Shown here in pieces: positions 25,579 to 38,571 of a DNA stretch of 64,000 nucleotides. Source of the stretch: Octopus sinensis (lineage: Eukaryota); NCBI RefSeq assembly GCF_006345805.1, contig NC_043000.1, positions 148,738,001-148,802,000 on the forward strand, given 5' to 3'. Every line of letters starts with the position of its first letter. Positions within the stretch are counted from its first letter, which is position 1. Position numbers and translations under genes: made by a program. The notes under the pieces were generated by a model that was not told the DNA's origin, searched no databases, and worked only from the letters and a program-made list of their open reading frames with translations.

Positions 25579-25765
25579 CTGAAGTTATGAGAAGACAAAA
25601 GAAATGTAAAATTAAAGCCCTTTTGTAACTGTGTTTCTACTGAAATATACTACGTGTTTCAATTAATTTTCAAAATAATCATGAATTTGGTGAGGATTTA
25701 GTAAGATAACTATTTCATTATCAAACTGATATTGTTTGGTACATAACAGATGCATAATGATGATA

Positions 25766-25800
<35 letters not shown>

Positions 25801-25969
25801 TTTATTTAAAGCAGCAGAAAATTCAACAAAATCTGTTACTCTGAGTTTCTCATTGCCGTTCATCAGACAGTTTTTGCTAGAATCTGCTGCTTTAAATAAA
25901 GCATATTACTCTACCACTGGTATTTGAGTACTCTTTTTTCCACCTTGTTTCACATTTATGTGTTTACTC

Positions 25970-26016
<47 letters not shown>

Positions 26017-26018
<2 letters not shown>

Positions 26019-26318
26019 TGGAGGTGCAATGGCCCAGTGGTTAGGGCAGCAGACTCGCAGTCGTAGGATCGGAGTTTCGATTCCCAGACCGGGCATTGTG
26101 AGTGTTTATTGAGTGAAAACACCTAAAGCTCCATGAGGCTCCGGCAGGGGGTGGTAGCGATCCCTGCTGTACTCTTTTGCCACAACTTTCTCTCACTCTT
26201 TCTTCTGTTGGCCTGCTCGCTTAGCCAGCAGGGTGGCGTCATTTGAAGGCTAAAACAATGCGAAGCGCATTGTGACCAGCGATGTGTAGCAACATCTGAT
26301 AGCCTGGCCGGTCACTTG
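26017..26318 (+). mobile_element. tRNA-headed SINE (family D head, variant tail)
   Basis: GTGGAGGTGCAATGGCCCAGTGGTTAGGG...; its tail matches the reverse complement of 28868-28995. Confidence 0.82.
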
Positions 26319-26730
26319 ATATATATATATATATATAGGATTCAAATAGGTTCAACAATTTATATTAACATATATTCTGCCATGGATCAATGTATATCAG
26401 TTTTTAAATATGCAAATGTATCAGTCATTAAAATATTAAAACATTAAAAATCTATGAATACATAAATATATAAAAATTCAATATACATATATAAATAGAT
26501 GAATGGAATTAAGTTATAAAAGTGTAGACATATAAAAGTATAGATGTATAAAAATATATATAGAGACATTTAGAATTATAGTCATATTCCAAGGCATTGT
26601 AGAATGGCGTTGTAAAAATTATTTAAGAATAAATATGCCCTTACAAAAAAGTGAATAAAATAAAGTCTTACGAAAAGAGCAAATAAAGAAAAATCGTAGC
26701 ACTGAGATTGGATTTTTCAAAAAACATATA

Positions 26731-27265
26731 CTCTTTTACTTGTTTCAGTCATTTGACTGTGGCCATGCTGGAGCACCGCCTTTAGTCGAGCAACTCGACC
26801 CCGGAACTTATTCTTTTGTAAGCCCAGTACTTATTCTATCGGTCTCTTTTGCCAAACCGCTAAGTAACGGGGACATAAACACACCAGCATCGGTTGTCAA
26901 GCAATGCTAGGGGGACAAACACAGACACACAAACACACACACACACATCATCATCATCATCATCATCATCATCGTTTAACGTCCATTCTCCATGCTAGCA
27001 TGGGTTGGACGGTTCGACCGGGGATCTGGGAAGCCAGAAGGCTGCACCAGGCTCCAGTCTTATCTGGCAGTGTTTCTACAACTGGATGCCCTTCCTAACG
27101 CCAACCACTCCGTGAGTGTAGTGGGTGCTTTTTACGTGCCACCTGCACAGGTGCCAGGCGAGGCTGGCAACGGCCACGGTCGGATTGGTGTATTTTATGT
27201 GCCACCGGCACGGAAGCCAGATGAGGCGGTGCTGGCCACATATATATATATATATATACATATAT

Positions 27266-27303
<38 letters not shown>

Positions 27304-27472
27304 ATATATACGACAGGCTTCTTTCAGTTTCCGTCTACCAAATCCACTCACAAGGCTTTGGTCGGCCCGAGGCTATAGTAGAAGACACTTGCCCAAGGTG
27401 CCACGCAGTGGGACTGAACCCAGAACCATGTGGTTGGTAAACAAGCTACTTACCACACAGCCACTCCTGCGC

Positions 27473-27475
<3 letters not shown>
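26731..27475 (-). mobile_element. SINE family B split by a nested family A insertion (26947-27238)
   Basis: 3' half 26731-26945, 5' half about 27305-27475. Confidence 0.85.
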
Positions 27476-27512
<37 letters not shown>

Positions 27513-27708
27513 TGCACACACACACACGACTGGTTTCCACACAGTTTTCATCAACTAAATTCACTCACAAGGTCAACCCAAGACGTTTGCCTAAGGTGCT
27601 GTGCAGTGGGACTGAACCCAAGGCTATGTGATTGCAAAGTAAGCTTCTTGACCACACAGTAATGCCTAAGAAAGTTAAATAAGTTAAAAACCTCGCAGAC
27701 ATACTTAC

Positions 27709-27921
27709 TCAACAATTTTAGAATCGTCCATTTGAACTTGATATAAAACATCTTCGTCAGAATCAGATCCATTATATTTATAATTTACTATCATGCCTGA
27801 ATCAAAAAAACCATCATCGGACTGTACCATCACATTCTGTCCATGTGGAAGATACGTGACTGAAAGAATTTGGTTAATTTTCACCCACAATTTATCACCA
27901 TCAACAAACTTCACCAAATAT
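27709..27921 (-). CDS. TP53BP1: 53BP1 tandem Tudor exon (YLVKFVDGD...QSDDGFFDSGMIV...)
   Basis: ORF 27705..27917; matches YKLLFDDG...SEDEYFSAGVV; TTTGTAG acceptor, GTAAGT donor. Confidence 0.95.
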
Positions 27922-28055
27922 CTACAAAGGAACCAAAATGTTTGATATTTTTAATAAAAAGTTTGCTTTTCTGAAGTTTTTTTTTTTCAGTAGATGTTTC
28001 AAAAAATAACATTTATAAAAAATAATAACAAGGATTTTATTGCAATAAATTTAAT

Positions 28056-28405
28056 ATCATCATCATCATCATCACCATCGTTTAACATCCGTTCTCCATG
28101 CTGGCATGGGTTGGACGGTTCGACCGAGGATCTGGGAAACCAGAAGGCTGCACCAGGCTCCGGTCTTACTGGCAATGTTTCTACAGCTGGATGCCCTTCC
28201 TAATGCCAACCACTCCGTGGGTGTAGTGGGTGCTTTTTACGTGCCACCTGCACTGGTGCCAGGCGAGGCTGGTTTCGGCCACGGTCGGATTGGTGCATTT
28301 TACATGCCACCGGCACGGAAGCCAGTCGAGGTGGCACTGGCTTCGGCCACGATTCGGATGGTACTTTTTACGTGCCACCGACACGGAAGCCAGTCGAGGC
28401 GGCGC
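28056..28405 (-). mobile_element. Family A element
   Basis: Family match; other copies at about 26947-27238(-), 29550-29925(-), 31395-31705(+), 35665-35920(+) and 36968-37275(+). Confidence 0.8.
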
Positions 28406-28642
28406 TATCCCTAATGCCTTGAAAATTTCAAATGAATTTTAATACCGAACCTCAAAATGACAATAGATTTAATAATGACAAAAAAGTGCTGGACTAGTTA
28501 CTAATTGTAACTCATTCAGTATTAAGGTCCCAAAATCTCTGCTTCAAACTGGTAGCAGAGTTATCTAAAGTTAAAGAGAGAAAATAACTCAACAATGATA
28601 CGTGGGACTAATAAGAAACTGTGTAGGCATTATACTCATTCT

Positions 28643-28993
28643 CTTTACTCTTTTACTTGTTTCAGTCATTTGACTGCGGCCATGCTGGAGCACCGCCTTT
28701 AATCGAGCAACTCGACCCCGGGACTTACTCTTTTTTGTAAGCCCAGTACTTATTCTATCGGTCTCTTTTGCCGAACCGCTAAGTAACGGGGACGCAAACA
28801 CACCAGCATCGGTTGTCAAGCAATGCTAGGGGGCAAACACAGACACACAAACACACACATGCATATATATATATCGCATGATCACATGACCGACCAGACC
28901 ATCAGATGTTGTTACACATCGCTGGTCACAATGCGTTCGCATTGTTTTAGCCTTCGAATGACACCACCCCGCTGGCTAAGCGAGCAGGCCAGC

Positions 28994-29026
<33 letters not shown>

Positions 29027-29200
29027 ATATACATATATACAACAGGCTTCTTTCAGTTTCCGTCTACCAAATCCACTCACAAGGCATTGGTCAGCCCGAG
29101 GCTATAGTAGAAGACACTTGCCCAAGGTGCCACGCAGTGGGGACTGAACCTGGGACCATGTGGTTGGTAAGCAAGCTACTTACCACACAGCCACTTCTGC
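28643..29200 (-). mobile_element. SINE family B split by a nested family D tail (28868-28995)
   Basis: 3' half 28643-28860, 5' half about 29035-29200. Confidence 0.85.
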
Positions 29201-30806
29201 GCCATTATAGTTAGATAATTAATTATAACAAGACTTAATTATCTCACAGGAAAATGAATGAACACGTCCGAAAGTATTTCACTTGTGAAAATTTTACTTT
29301 AATAAACTAAGAATTGACAAAACTAGAGTAATGCAGTCATTTCACAAGGGTGTTCACAAGTTTTTTCAAATCTTGAAGTGGTGAAGAAACATGTACAGGA
29401 TGCAGTGAATATATTACACTAAAATGAAAATAACACTGACATCTCATTTTAACAGATATATTTACCAAAATTACATAAAAATATCTTGAAATACTAAAGA
29501 GTAAATTTATTCAATAAAATCGCTATTGGCTTCAACCACGGCCTCCAGACATCATCATTATCATCATCATCGTTTAACGTCTGCTTTCCATGCTAGCATG
29601 GGTTGGACAGTTCAACTGGGGTCTGGGAAGCCCGAAGGCTGCACCGGGCCAGTCAGATCTGGCAGTGTTTCTACAGCTGGATGCCCTTCCTAACGCCAAC
29701 CACTCCGTGAGTGTAGTGGGTGCTTTTTATGTGCCACCGACGCAGGTGCCAGGCGAGGCTGGCGAACGACCACGCTCGGATGGTTTTTTTTATGTGCCAC
29801 CGACACAGGTGCCAGACGAACCTAGCGAACGGCCATGCTCGGCTGGTGTTTTTTTTTATGTGCCACGGACACAGGTGCCAGACGAGGCTGGCGAACGGCC
29901 ACGCTCGGATGGTGTCTTTTTTTTTTTTTTACGACTTCGGAATCTCCTGCAACTTTTCTGGACAGTCGCTTTATTTAAATTGGTGAATGCTGCCATAACC
30001 TTTGCCTTCCGTTCAACTTTGATGTTACAAGGAGTTTTGTTGGTCTCTCACTCAACTGCACCCAACACATAATAATCGAGGGGGTTGCTGTCTGGAGAGA
30101 CTGACAACATCAATGTTCCTCTTTAGCCATTGTAAATCAATACTTGTGAGAAAGACATGAGTATCAAGGGAGTTCTAGAAAACCAATGTAATGGCGAAGA
30201 AGGATTGGGTATAGAGACTAGTACTGGGCCAGGAAAGTTGGGCACAAAGGTGATGAAAGGAGGGGAGATAAATTCATTAGGAATATCTATGTGAAGATGG
30301 CTTGAACCAAGCTAGCTTCAATGAACAGAAGTTATTATAGTTGCAACTGAAAAGGCAGTGAGAGGAGACAGAGCATCTATGGGCCAATTAGTCAGGTGGC
30401 CCCTTCTGGATGCAGTCTAGGGCATCAGTTTGTGCAGCAGCAGCACAGTCCATGTGTGTGTGTGTGTTATTTGTTTGTGCCTCCTTGTTTTGATATTGCA
30501 TGATAGTTGTAAACGAGCCTCACTGTCAAACAAGCAGTGTTATTTGTTTCCATTCTTCTGTGAAGACATGTTTGGTCAAAGGAAAACATTAGCTTGCTTG
30601 GAAACAAGTGAGAGCTGACAACAGGAAGGGCATCTCTGGCACTAGATAATCGACCTCAACAAGTTCCATCTGACCCATGCCAGCATGGAAAAGTAGACAT
30701 AAAGGTAGAGGCAGCAGCAATAGCAACAGCTATGGTGGCAATGATTAAAACAAATGAATCAAGATATTCAAAGCTAGAAAAATTGGTTTGTCTCCAATAA
30801 ACTTAC

Positions 30807-30882
30807 TTGCCATTCTTTTCAGGTGAAGCAATCTTACCCGGATAAAAGAAACCGTCTTTCCATCTTGCCATGATTAAGATAC
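30807..30882 (-). CDS. TP53BP1: 53BP1 Tudor 1 N-terminal exon (ILIMARWKDGFFYPGKIASPEKNG)
   Basis: Matches vertebrate RVVAKWSSNGYFYSGKIT; TTACAG acceptor, GTAAGT donor. Confidence 0.95.
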
Positions 30883-32586
30883 CTGTAAGTATAATTATAA
30901 AAGTGTTTTATGAAACCTTTGAACATTCAGTTAGAACAAATTTAGGTAATTACAAATTTGGACTGGATGTGGTGTATGCAACATTTTTAGCTTCTTATGA
31001 TCAATTTGCTCAACCCTAGGATATTTTTGAAACTTATAACTCCACTAAAAGGCTAGAATTGGTTACCACTGACTTGATTTGAATGCACAAATGAATGTTA
31101 CCATACTGCATGCTTTAATTGTATCATGTCCTCTTCCGACCAATACTAAAAATGCTAACATGACAACATTTGATGTATTTCGAAATATATTGGTGCCGCT
31201 GTTGTTGATTATGATAATGGAAATGGTAACGTCCTCACTAATGGTTTCATCAGTGTTACCAACGACCTCACCACTATTAACATCAATATCTCCAAGCTAA
31301 TAGCTGCCGAATCCCTTCTGCTCACACTCCACCATCCTCAACAAAAAAAAAGAACACACTAAATAATGTAGCCATAGATAGACAAAAAAGATAAGATGGT
31401 TGGTGGCACGTAAAAAGCACCATCCAAACGTGGCCAATGCCAGCGCCGCCTTGACTGGCTTCTGTGCCGGTGGCACGTAAAAAGCACCAACCAATTGTGG
31501 CCGCTGCCAGCCTCCCCTGGCACGTAAAAAGCACCCACTACACTCACAGAGTGGTTGGCGTTAGGAAGGGCATCCAGCTGTAGAAACACTGCCAGATCAG
31601 ACTGGAGCCTGGTGCAGCCTCCTGGCTTCCCAGACCCCGGTCGAACCGTCCAACTCGTGCTAGCATGGAAAGCGGATGTTAAACGATGATGATGATGATG
31701 ATAGCTATAATGTTCTTGATCACATGTGTGCTTAACAACAACATCGTCGTAATCCTCATTAACATTGTTGTTGCTACTATTGTCATCATTGTCATCACCA
31801 CTGCCACCATCATTCTCATTATTGTTGTCATCACTTTTTTTTTCAATCTAGTTTTCTCATGTCTTGCAAACAACTTTCACATGCAAGTGCTACCAGTTAA
31901 AAGCTCCGTATACCGGAAGCTAGCAAGTGTATGGGGTCATCAGGAGAGAATGCGTGCCGTTTCGGGGCCTACCTCTCGACGGCATCAATGTGCACCGGCC
32001 CCCCTCACTGATATGAGGCCCCGCTTGCTAGATCAGCTGGTTATGAAGAACTCAATATACTTCTAGCCATCGCTCATCGTCTCTTTTTAACCAAATCCAG
32101 TGGCTAGCCTTCTCCACTGTAGATTGGATATCAGTCATGGTGGTATTGAACAAGTCTACAAAATATCCACAAACTACTCCATAAATCTCCTTTTCTACTT
32201 TATCTTTGTCTACTTAGTTTCCAACGTCTAATCCATGAATGAGGAATGAGTCAAAGACACATCACATATGGCCCTCTGTGTATCTATCCACAAACTGTAA
32301 ATCTGCCATTTTCAATTCTTCAACAACAGCCGGTAGTTAAAAAAGACTATAGCTTTGAATTAAATGATTTACAGTATATTATTTCTGTTTTTTGGTTCAA
32401 ATTCTTCTTGAATTAATTTTGACATTCATCCTTCTTGGACTTATAAAATAATTACCTGTAATATACTGATCAATTCAATAAACTATTGACAAAAGTTGAC
32501 CCTGTTCCAAAATATAAAAAAACTCATTCATTAAAATTCTTAAGATAATAACTGCTAAAAAATGTAATTATGATTTAGAGAACAAA

Positions 32587-32804
32587 TTAGCCCATGAGCA
32601 TTTAGATTACTCTGTCAAATGTAATGCTTATTTATTAACACTGTTTTGAATTAATCATGCATTATCTTGTAGCTTCAAGATTTCAATGATGTGATTGTAT
32701 ATATTTACAATGAGCTTGTAGATTTGGTGTAAGAGCCTGGATCTGGTTGGTGTGAACATAAAATAGATAGAATATTTGGGTCAGTTTAAATGCTGAAGGG
32801 TTAA
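32587..32804. mobile_element. piggyBac-like MITE (subfamily A), left end decayed
   Basis: Internal similarity to 22458-22686; right end AGGGTTAA. Confidence 0.65.
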
Positions 32805-33247
32805 AGTATAATAAACAATGTTGAAACTAAATATTTTATTCTTATGGCACAATTAAAAACAAAAAAATCCTCTATGTATAAGTTTTTTGTGAAGTTTTCC
32901 ATTCCACTGTGAACTACAGTGATTTCTTTTGACTATGTACTAAGCCAAACTAGTAAGGGAGGGTTTATAATCAGGTGAAATTATTTTTGTATTTTGTTGG
33001 TATTTATTTTATCCACTACAAAATGATGAAGGACAAACTTCTAGGTTAAAGATAAATTCGTCTGAGAAGCTGAGTGTCTAGAATACTGCTCTGTTGACCT
33101 TTTTAAGTACTTATTGGTGCATTATTGGTACCAGTGGGTATTTGCTATCAAACAGTGTATGATTAGAACTTATAATGCACCCAACTGCCCTTTTAATTAA
33201 TCTCCCTCTGTTAGTGTATTTAAGAATATATAAATGCTAAAACCAAC

Positions 33248-33333
33248 CTATAGCTGGATGCTGACGATGCACATTCTTTTTTATGCCACTTTGTGCAGCT
33301 ACATTCCCCTGGTCTTGAAACGGAATCTCAGGA
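33248..33333 (-). CDS. TP53BP1: 53BP1 exon preceding Tudor (PEIPFQDQG...HRQHPAIG)
   Basis: TTCTTCTTCTTCAG acceptor, G|GTTGGT donor; 86 nt, phase 2->1. Confidence 0.8.
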
Positions 33334-34714
33334 CTGAAGAAGAAGAAAATATTATTTTAAGCTCAAAAACTAGATTTTGAATATAAGAATAGATTTACTT
33401 TTTCTGTTCAAAACAGAATTTTAACTGAGTCAATAAAGTTTTTGTTCTCACTATCTTTCAAGAAATATTGAATTTCAAACCAAAATTACCAAGAATTCCT
33501 CAAACTTTATAAATTCTATATCAGTTTATTTCAAGAACAATTTCAATCAACTTAGAATTAGTAAACAAAATTTAGGAAAAAGTACTCTTCAAAGGAGAGA
33601 AATATCTACTCAGATGACTGTGTTCTCTTTCTAATAAAAGTTTATTTCTAAGCTACAGATACAAGTGCAGGTACAGGCATGGCAGTGTGGCGAGGAAGCT
33701 TGCTTCCTAACCATGTGGTCTTGGGTTCAATCCCACTGCAAGACATCTTGTGGGTGGATTTGGTAGATGGAAACTGAAAAATAACCATCATATGTATGTG
33801 TTTGTGTGCACCCTTGTCTAGACGTTACATGACCATTGTAAATGAGTGCCATCATCATACAGGCAAAGTTGTTCATTTCCAATCATTCATGAAAAACATG
33901 TCTGGCCATGAGGAAATATATCTTGCTTAAAAACAGGTGAGAAAAGGTATTCAGCTGTAAAAATATCCGTGCCAACAAATTCCATCTCATCCATGCAAGC
34001 ATGGAAAAAGTAAGCATTAAATGAATGATGACGATGATGATGACTACACATTTCTAATAGTCCTTTTTATTTCCTATTTCAGTTGACGCTTAGAACAACC
34101 TGCTTAAAACTTTCTTCGGCTTCATTAGTGTAAAAGAAATTTCAAACACACATAAATGAGAAGAAAATCCTACAACACTGTCCTTTCTCTTCCTTTCTTT
34201 CATCATCATCATTTAACATTCATTGGCATGGGTTGCATGGGCTGAAAGGATCTGACGAACCTGAGGGCTGCATTGATCTTCAACATCTGCTTTAACAAGG
34301 CTTCATGACTGGATGCTTTTCCTAATGCCAATCACTTTACAGATTGTACTGAGTGCTTTTTTCATGGCACCAGCACTAGTGAAGTCACCAAGTAAATCCC
34401 ATGACAAGGCTTCTTGACAGAGTGAGAGTGGAATAATGAGGTGTCTTTGTGCCAGATGTTGAGAGGCTTAAAATATTTTTTTTTTAATCATCATTCACCT
34501 TTATTTTTCTTAAATTCTCTGACATTAAAGTAAATTAATAACTGTTGGAATTCAAAACAACAGTTTCAAATATGAATGGACTAGTTGCTAATACCTTACA
34601 TAACACAGAAACTGTTTCTTCATGATAATTTCAACAATATGAGGTGTGTTCAAAAAGTATCTGACTTTATTATTTTCCCCTCCAAAACAAATACTGCATG
34701 GGCAAAATCCTTTG

Positions 34715-34945
34715 GTACCTATTTACTACCCACAAGGGGCTAAACACAGAAGGGACAAACAAGGACAGACAAACGGATTAAGCCGATTATATCGACCCCA
34801 GTGCGTAACTGATACTTATTTAATCGACCCCGAAAGGATGAAAGGCAAAGTCGACCTCGGCGGAATTTGAACTCAGAACGTAGCGACAGACGAAATACTG
34901 CCGAGCATTTCCCCCGACGTGCTGACGTTTCTGCCAGCTCGCCGC
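34715..34945 (-). mobile_element. SINE family C
   Basis: Reverse-complement match; diverged copies also at about 36050-36470, 43505-43705, 49425-49640, 55675-55880, 56975-57170, 57850-57990 and 58925-59130. Confidence 0.82.
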
Positions 34946-35419
34946 AAAATCCTTTGGTGGGAGGTGACAGCACCCTTCCTTTGCACGCATGAAAAGTTTC
35001 ATGCTCGTCAGCTGCATCAGTTCCTACCTGTTATGCCTAGAATACAAACATGTACTGTAACAAAAAAAAAAATGATGGATTGGAAGAGTTGTTATAGCAT
35101 CAGCCAAAGTGTCAAATAGTGTTTATTTATGGCTCTTTACATCTGAGTTCAAATCCAGCCAAGGTTGAATTTTACCTTTCGTTGTTCCAGATTTGATAAT
35201 ACATGCATTACAAGTTGGAGTAGTGAGGCTAATATAATTGATTGTTCTGTCCCATTGCAGAAAAATCAATAAGGTTAATAATCAATCAAAGGATACCATT
35301 GATCATTGAAAGGTCAAGCATTTGATTTTTTATTTATTACAACCAGAATGTGAGATAGACAGATAGTAATAACAAACAATAAAAGTAAAAAAGAAACAAT
35401 AAATAAAACTTCCAAATAC

Positions 35420-35462
35420 CTTTGGCTTCTATCACTACCTTTAGGTTTGTCATCTGAAAAAT
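35420..35462 (-). CDS. TP53BP1: 53BP1 micro-exon (DFSDDKPKGSDRSQS)
   Basis: TTTTCATCTTAG acceptor (alternative TTTTTCAG 9 nt downstream), AG|GTATTT donor; phase 1->2 bridge. Confidence 0.7.
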
Positions 35463-37815
35463 CTAAGATGAAAACAAAAGGATTAAATTAGATTTATACT
35501 TTTAATAATTGTCAGCATTTTTCTAGTTTACATAAAAAGGTTTATTTTAAGTCATACTTTTCAAGCTTTCATAAATTGGGTAATTTCTTTTATTTGTAAA
35601 TTTTTTTGTATGTTTGTAAAATTGCTGGAGATTTGAAGTAAGTAGAATTATATACTTTAAAAAAACTGGCTTCTGTGCCGGTGGCACGTAAAAAGCACCA
35701 ATCCGACCGTGGCCGTTGCCAGCCTCCTCTGGCACCAGTGCCGGTGGCACGTAAAAAGCACCCACTACACTCACGGAGTGGTTGGTGTTAGGAAGGGCAT
35801 CCAGCTGTAGAAACACTGCCAGATCAGACTGGAGCCTGGTGCAGCCTTCTGGCTTCCCAGATCCCCGGCCGAACCGTCCAACCCATGCTAGCATGGAAAA
35901 CGGACGTTAAACGATGACAGTAAGAAGTTAAACACAGTAGAATTTGAACTCAGAATGTAAAGAGATGTGATTAAATATTACAAGATAGTTTGTCTGATGC
36001 TCTACCAATTTTTCTTTTCATGATAACAACAACAACAAGGTACCTTTCAACTATAGACACAAGATCTAAAATTGGGGGGGTGGAGGTAATCAATTACATC
36101 TATCCCAGCACTGAACTGGTAGTTATTTCATCAATCCCAAAAGGATGAACGGCAAAGTCAGCTTTGGTGGAATTTGAACTCAGAATGTAAAGAGCTGGAA
36201 GAAATGTCATTAAGCATTTTATCCACCGTGCTAAAAATTCTGCAAGCTTGCCGCCTTAATAATAATGATAATGGTAATAATGATTTCTTATATAGGCACT
36301 AGGCCTCAAATTCTGATGAATGAACAGTTGATTATATGAACTTCAGTACCTGACTGGTGCTTAAGAAGGATGAAATGCAAAGTTGATCTTGACAGGATTT
36401 GAACACAGAACATAAAGAGCTGACACAAATATTGCAAGGCATTTGTCTGATGCACTAATGATTCTACCCAAAATAAGAAAAATAATAATTGCATTTGGAA
36501 TAGACTACTCAAAATCTGATATAGAAAGATTATAATTATCACAAACACAGAGAGGTAGTGACCTTATCCAATTACAAAATTATTATAAAATATTCACCAT
36601 AGAACAACAAAAACATCTAGTAAAGAAAAATCATGAAATTAATACAAACAGCTACAAAACATGAACATAATTTTAAAAATTATCTGCTTTCAATAAAGCT
36701 AATAAATATAAATCAGGGGATGAAATACCATATGGTTATGAAAGAAAACAGAAATTGTAAAAAGGCTAAAATATAAACTAAAAATGGAGCTACAGAATTC
36801 TGATAAAACAATGGCAAGAAAAGTCCTTACATAAGCAGTACTTGAAAAGTTAAATGAGAAATGAGTGGGAGTAGAGAAGAAAAGTCACAACATTGGTTGA
36901 GAAGCACAGACTTCAATGCTGAGATTAAAGGTTGTTCCTTGGAATACATAATTAAAACCATGAATAGTCACGTAAAAAGCACCATCCAACCGTGGCCGTT
37001 GCCAGCTTCGTCTGGTCCCTGTGCCGGTGGCACGTAAAAAGCACCATCCGTCCGTGACCGTTTGCCAGCTCCGTCTGGCACCTGTGCGGGTGGCACATAA
37101 AAAGCACCCACCACACTCACGGAGTGGTTGGTGTTAGGAAGGGCATCCAGCCGTAGAAACACTGCCAGATCAGACTGGGCCTGATGCAGCCTTCTGGCTT
37201 CACAGACCCCAGTTGAACCATCCAACCCATGCTAGCATGGAAAGCGGACGCTAAATGATGATGATGATGATGATGAAATAGAATACAGTAAATAACTTCA
37301 GAATACACAGAGCATAGGAAGAAAAACATTAATTAGACTGTCTCTAGATGTCCTGTTTTACCCAATAAAAACTGCATCTATAGACACGGCAAAGAAAGGA
37401 CATACAAATGAATAATCACATTTACAAAGTTTTATGGTCATCAATCTGCTTGGACAGAGCTGACCAGGGACTAAACAACAAGGGCTAAGAATCTGATATG
37501 TATCTTTCTTAACTGTGCAATGCTTGCAGCAAGGCTTAACATTAGGATTTGGCTTTTAAGTCAATATTAGATCATTTTGTTACCATGACAACTGGGAACT
37601 TCTATGTCATCAATAAACTTATTAGAAATTGCAACCAAATTTCCCTCATGTCAAACTAGCTTAAAAATAGGAAGGAAGTATAGGACAATGTAATTCTGAA
37701 TACACCAAAGTAGGGATTGCCTAAGGCTGGAATATCTTTGATCAAAGTTCTGTTTGATCAGGGCTAACTACAAAATAACAACACTTGAAAATAGTGACAA
37801 TATATAGGGCTAACT

Positions 37816-38041
37816 TTAACCCTTTATATTTAAACCGGCCATATCCGGCCAAAATAGCTAATCTGTTTTATGTTCAAACTGACTGGATCCAGGCTCTCAC
37901 ACCTACCCTACAATGTTATTCTACATTAAGTAATTACACCATCAAGATCTTGAAGATATGAGATAATGCATGATTAATTCAAATCAATGGGAATCAATGA
38001 GCATTATGTTTGATAGAATAATCTGAACACTAAAGGGTTAA
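37816..38041. mobile_element. piggyBac-like MITE (subfamily A, opposite orientation)
   Basis: TTAACCCT...AGGGTTAA. Confidence 0.82.
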
Positions 38042-38117
38042 GAAGAAAATTATTAGAAACAAAATGTACTTTGTTTGTACTTTTTAGATGTACCTTGTTT
38101 GTACTTTTTAGATGTAC

Positions 38118-38571
38118 CTTCTTCACATGGTTGTGGACTACATGACCTTTTTGATCCTCGAATTTGTTTTTCAGCTTTATTCGGTGTTTTCAGATCTTCT
38201 TGAGGTGCAGATGTCCTCAGAGGACTTCTGTTTGAAGAAGTTTCAGGTAAATTTAAATTCTTAATACTGGTATATATTTCTTGACAATCTCCAGCTATTC
38301 CTGAAGGTTGAGACACTGGAAGGCTTTTCATGTGATGCGCAGCTATTTCTTGGTCAGAAACATTGAGATTTTCATTTGATGAAAAAAGTGAGTCAGAATG
38401 AAAAACAGTCATCGTCTTTGTCTTCAGTGGTTCTTCATTCGATGAATATCTTGATAAAGTGGCAGTCTCAGTTACAGAAGTATTACATTTATCAGGAGTT
38501 GCAGTAATTCTATGCATCCCTAACTGACCCCAGCTTTGTTGCCGCAGGTCATCTCCAGGACTGCAATAGGC
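38118..38571 (-). CDS. TP53BP1: 53BP1 exon (both boundaries have in-frame alternatives)
   Basis: ORF 38053..38517 extended upstream; polypyrimidine tract then GAG/AAG acceptor in phase 0; donor at 38117 or 38093. Confidence 0.78.

Noticed and set aside
26017-26095. tRNA gene-like sequences at the heads of families B, C and D
   Set aside because: A/B boxes only, no complete cloverleaf, and they continue into SINE bodies.
26992-27631. Recurrent ORFs such as MLAWVG..., MLGGQTQTH..., MTTDAGVF...
   Set aside because: They recur at every family A or B copy; repeat-derived and not genes.
31920-32031. HDV-like ribozyme reading of the GC-rich island
   Set aside because: P1 and P3-like stems exist on minus, but there is no P2 partner and no P1.1-compatible L3.
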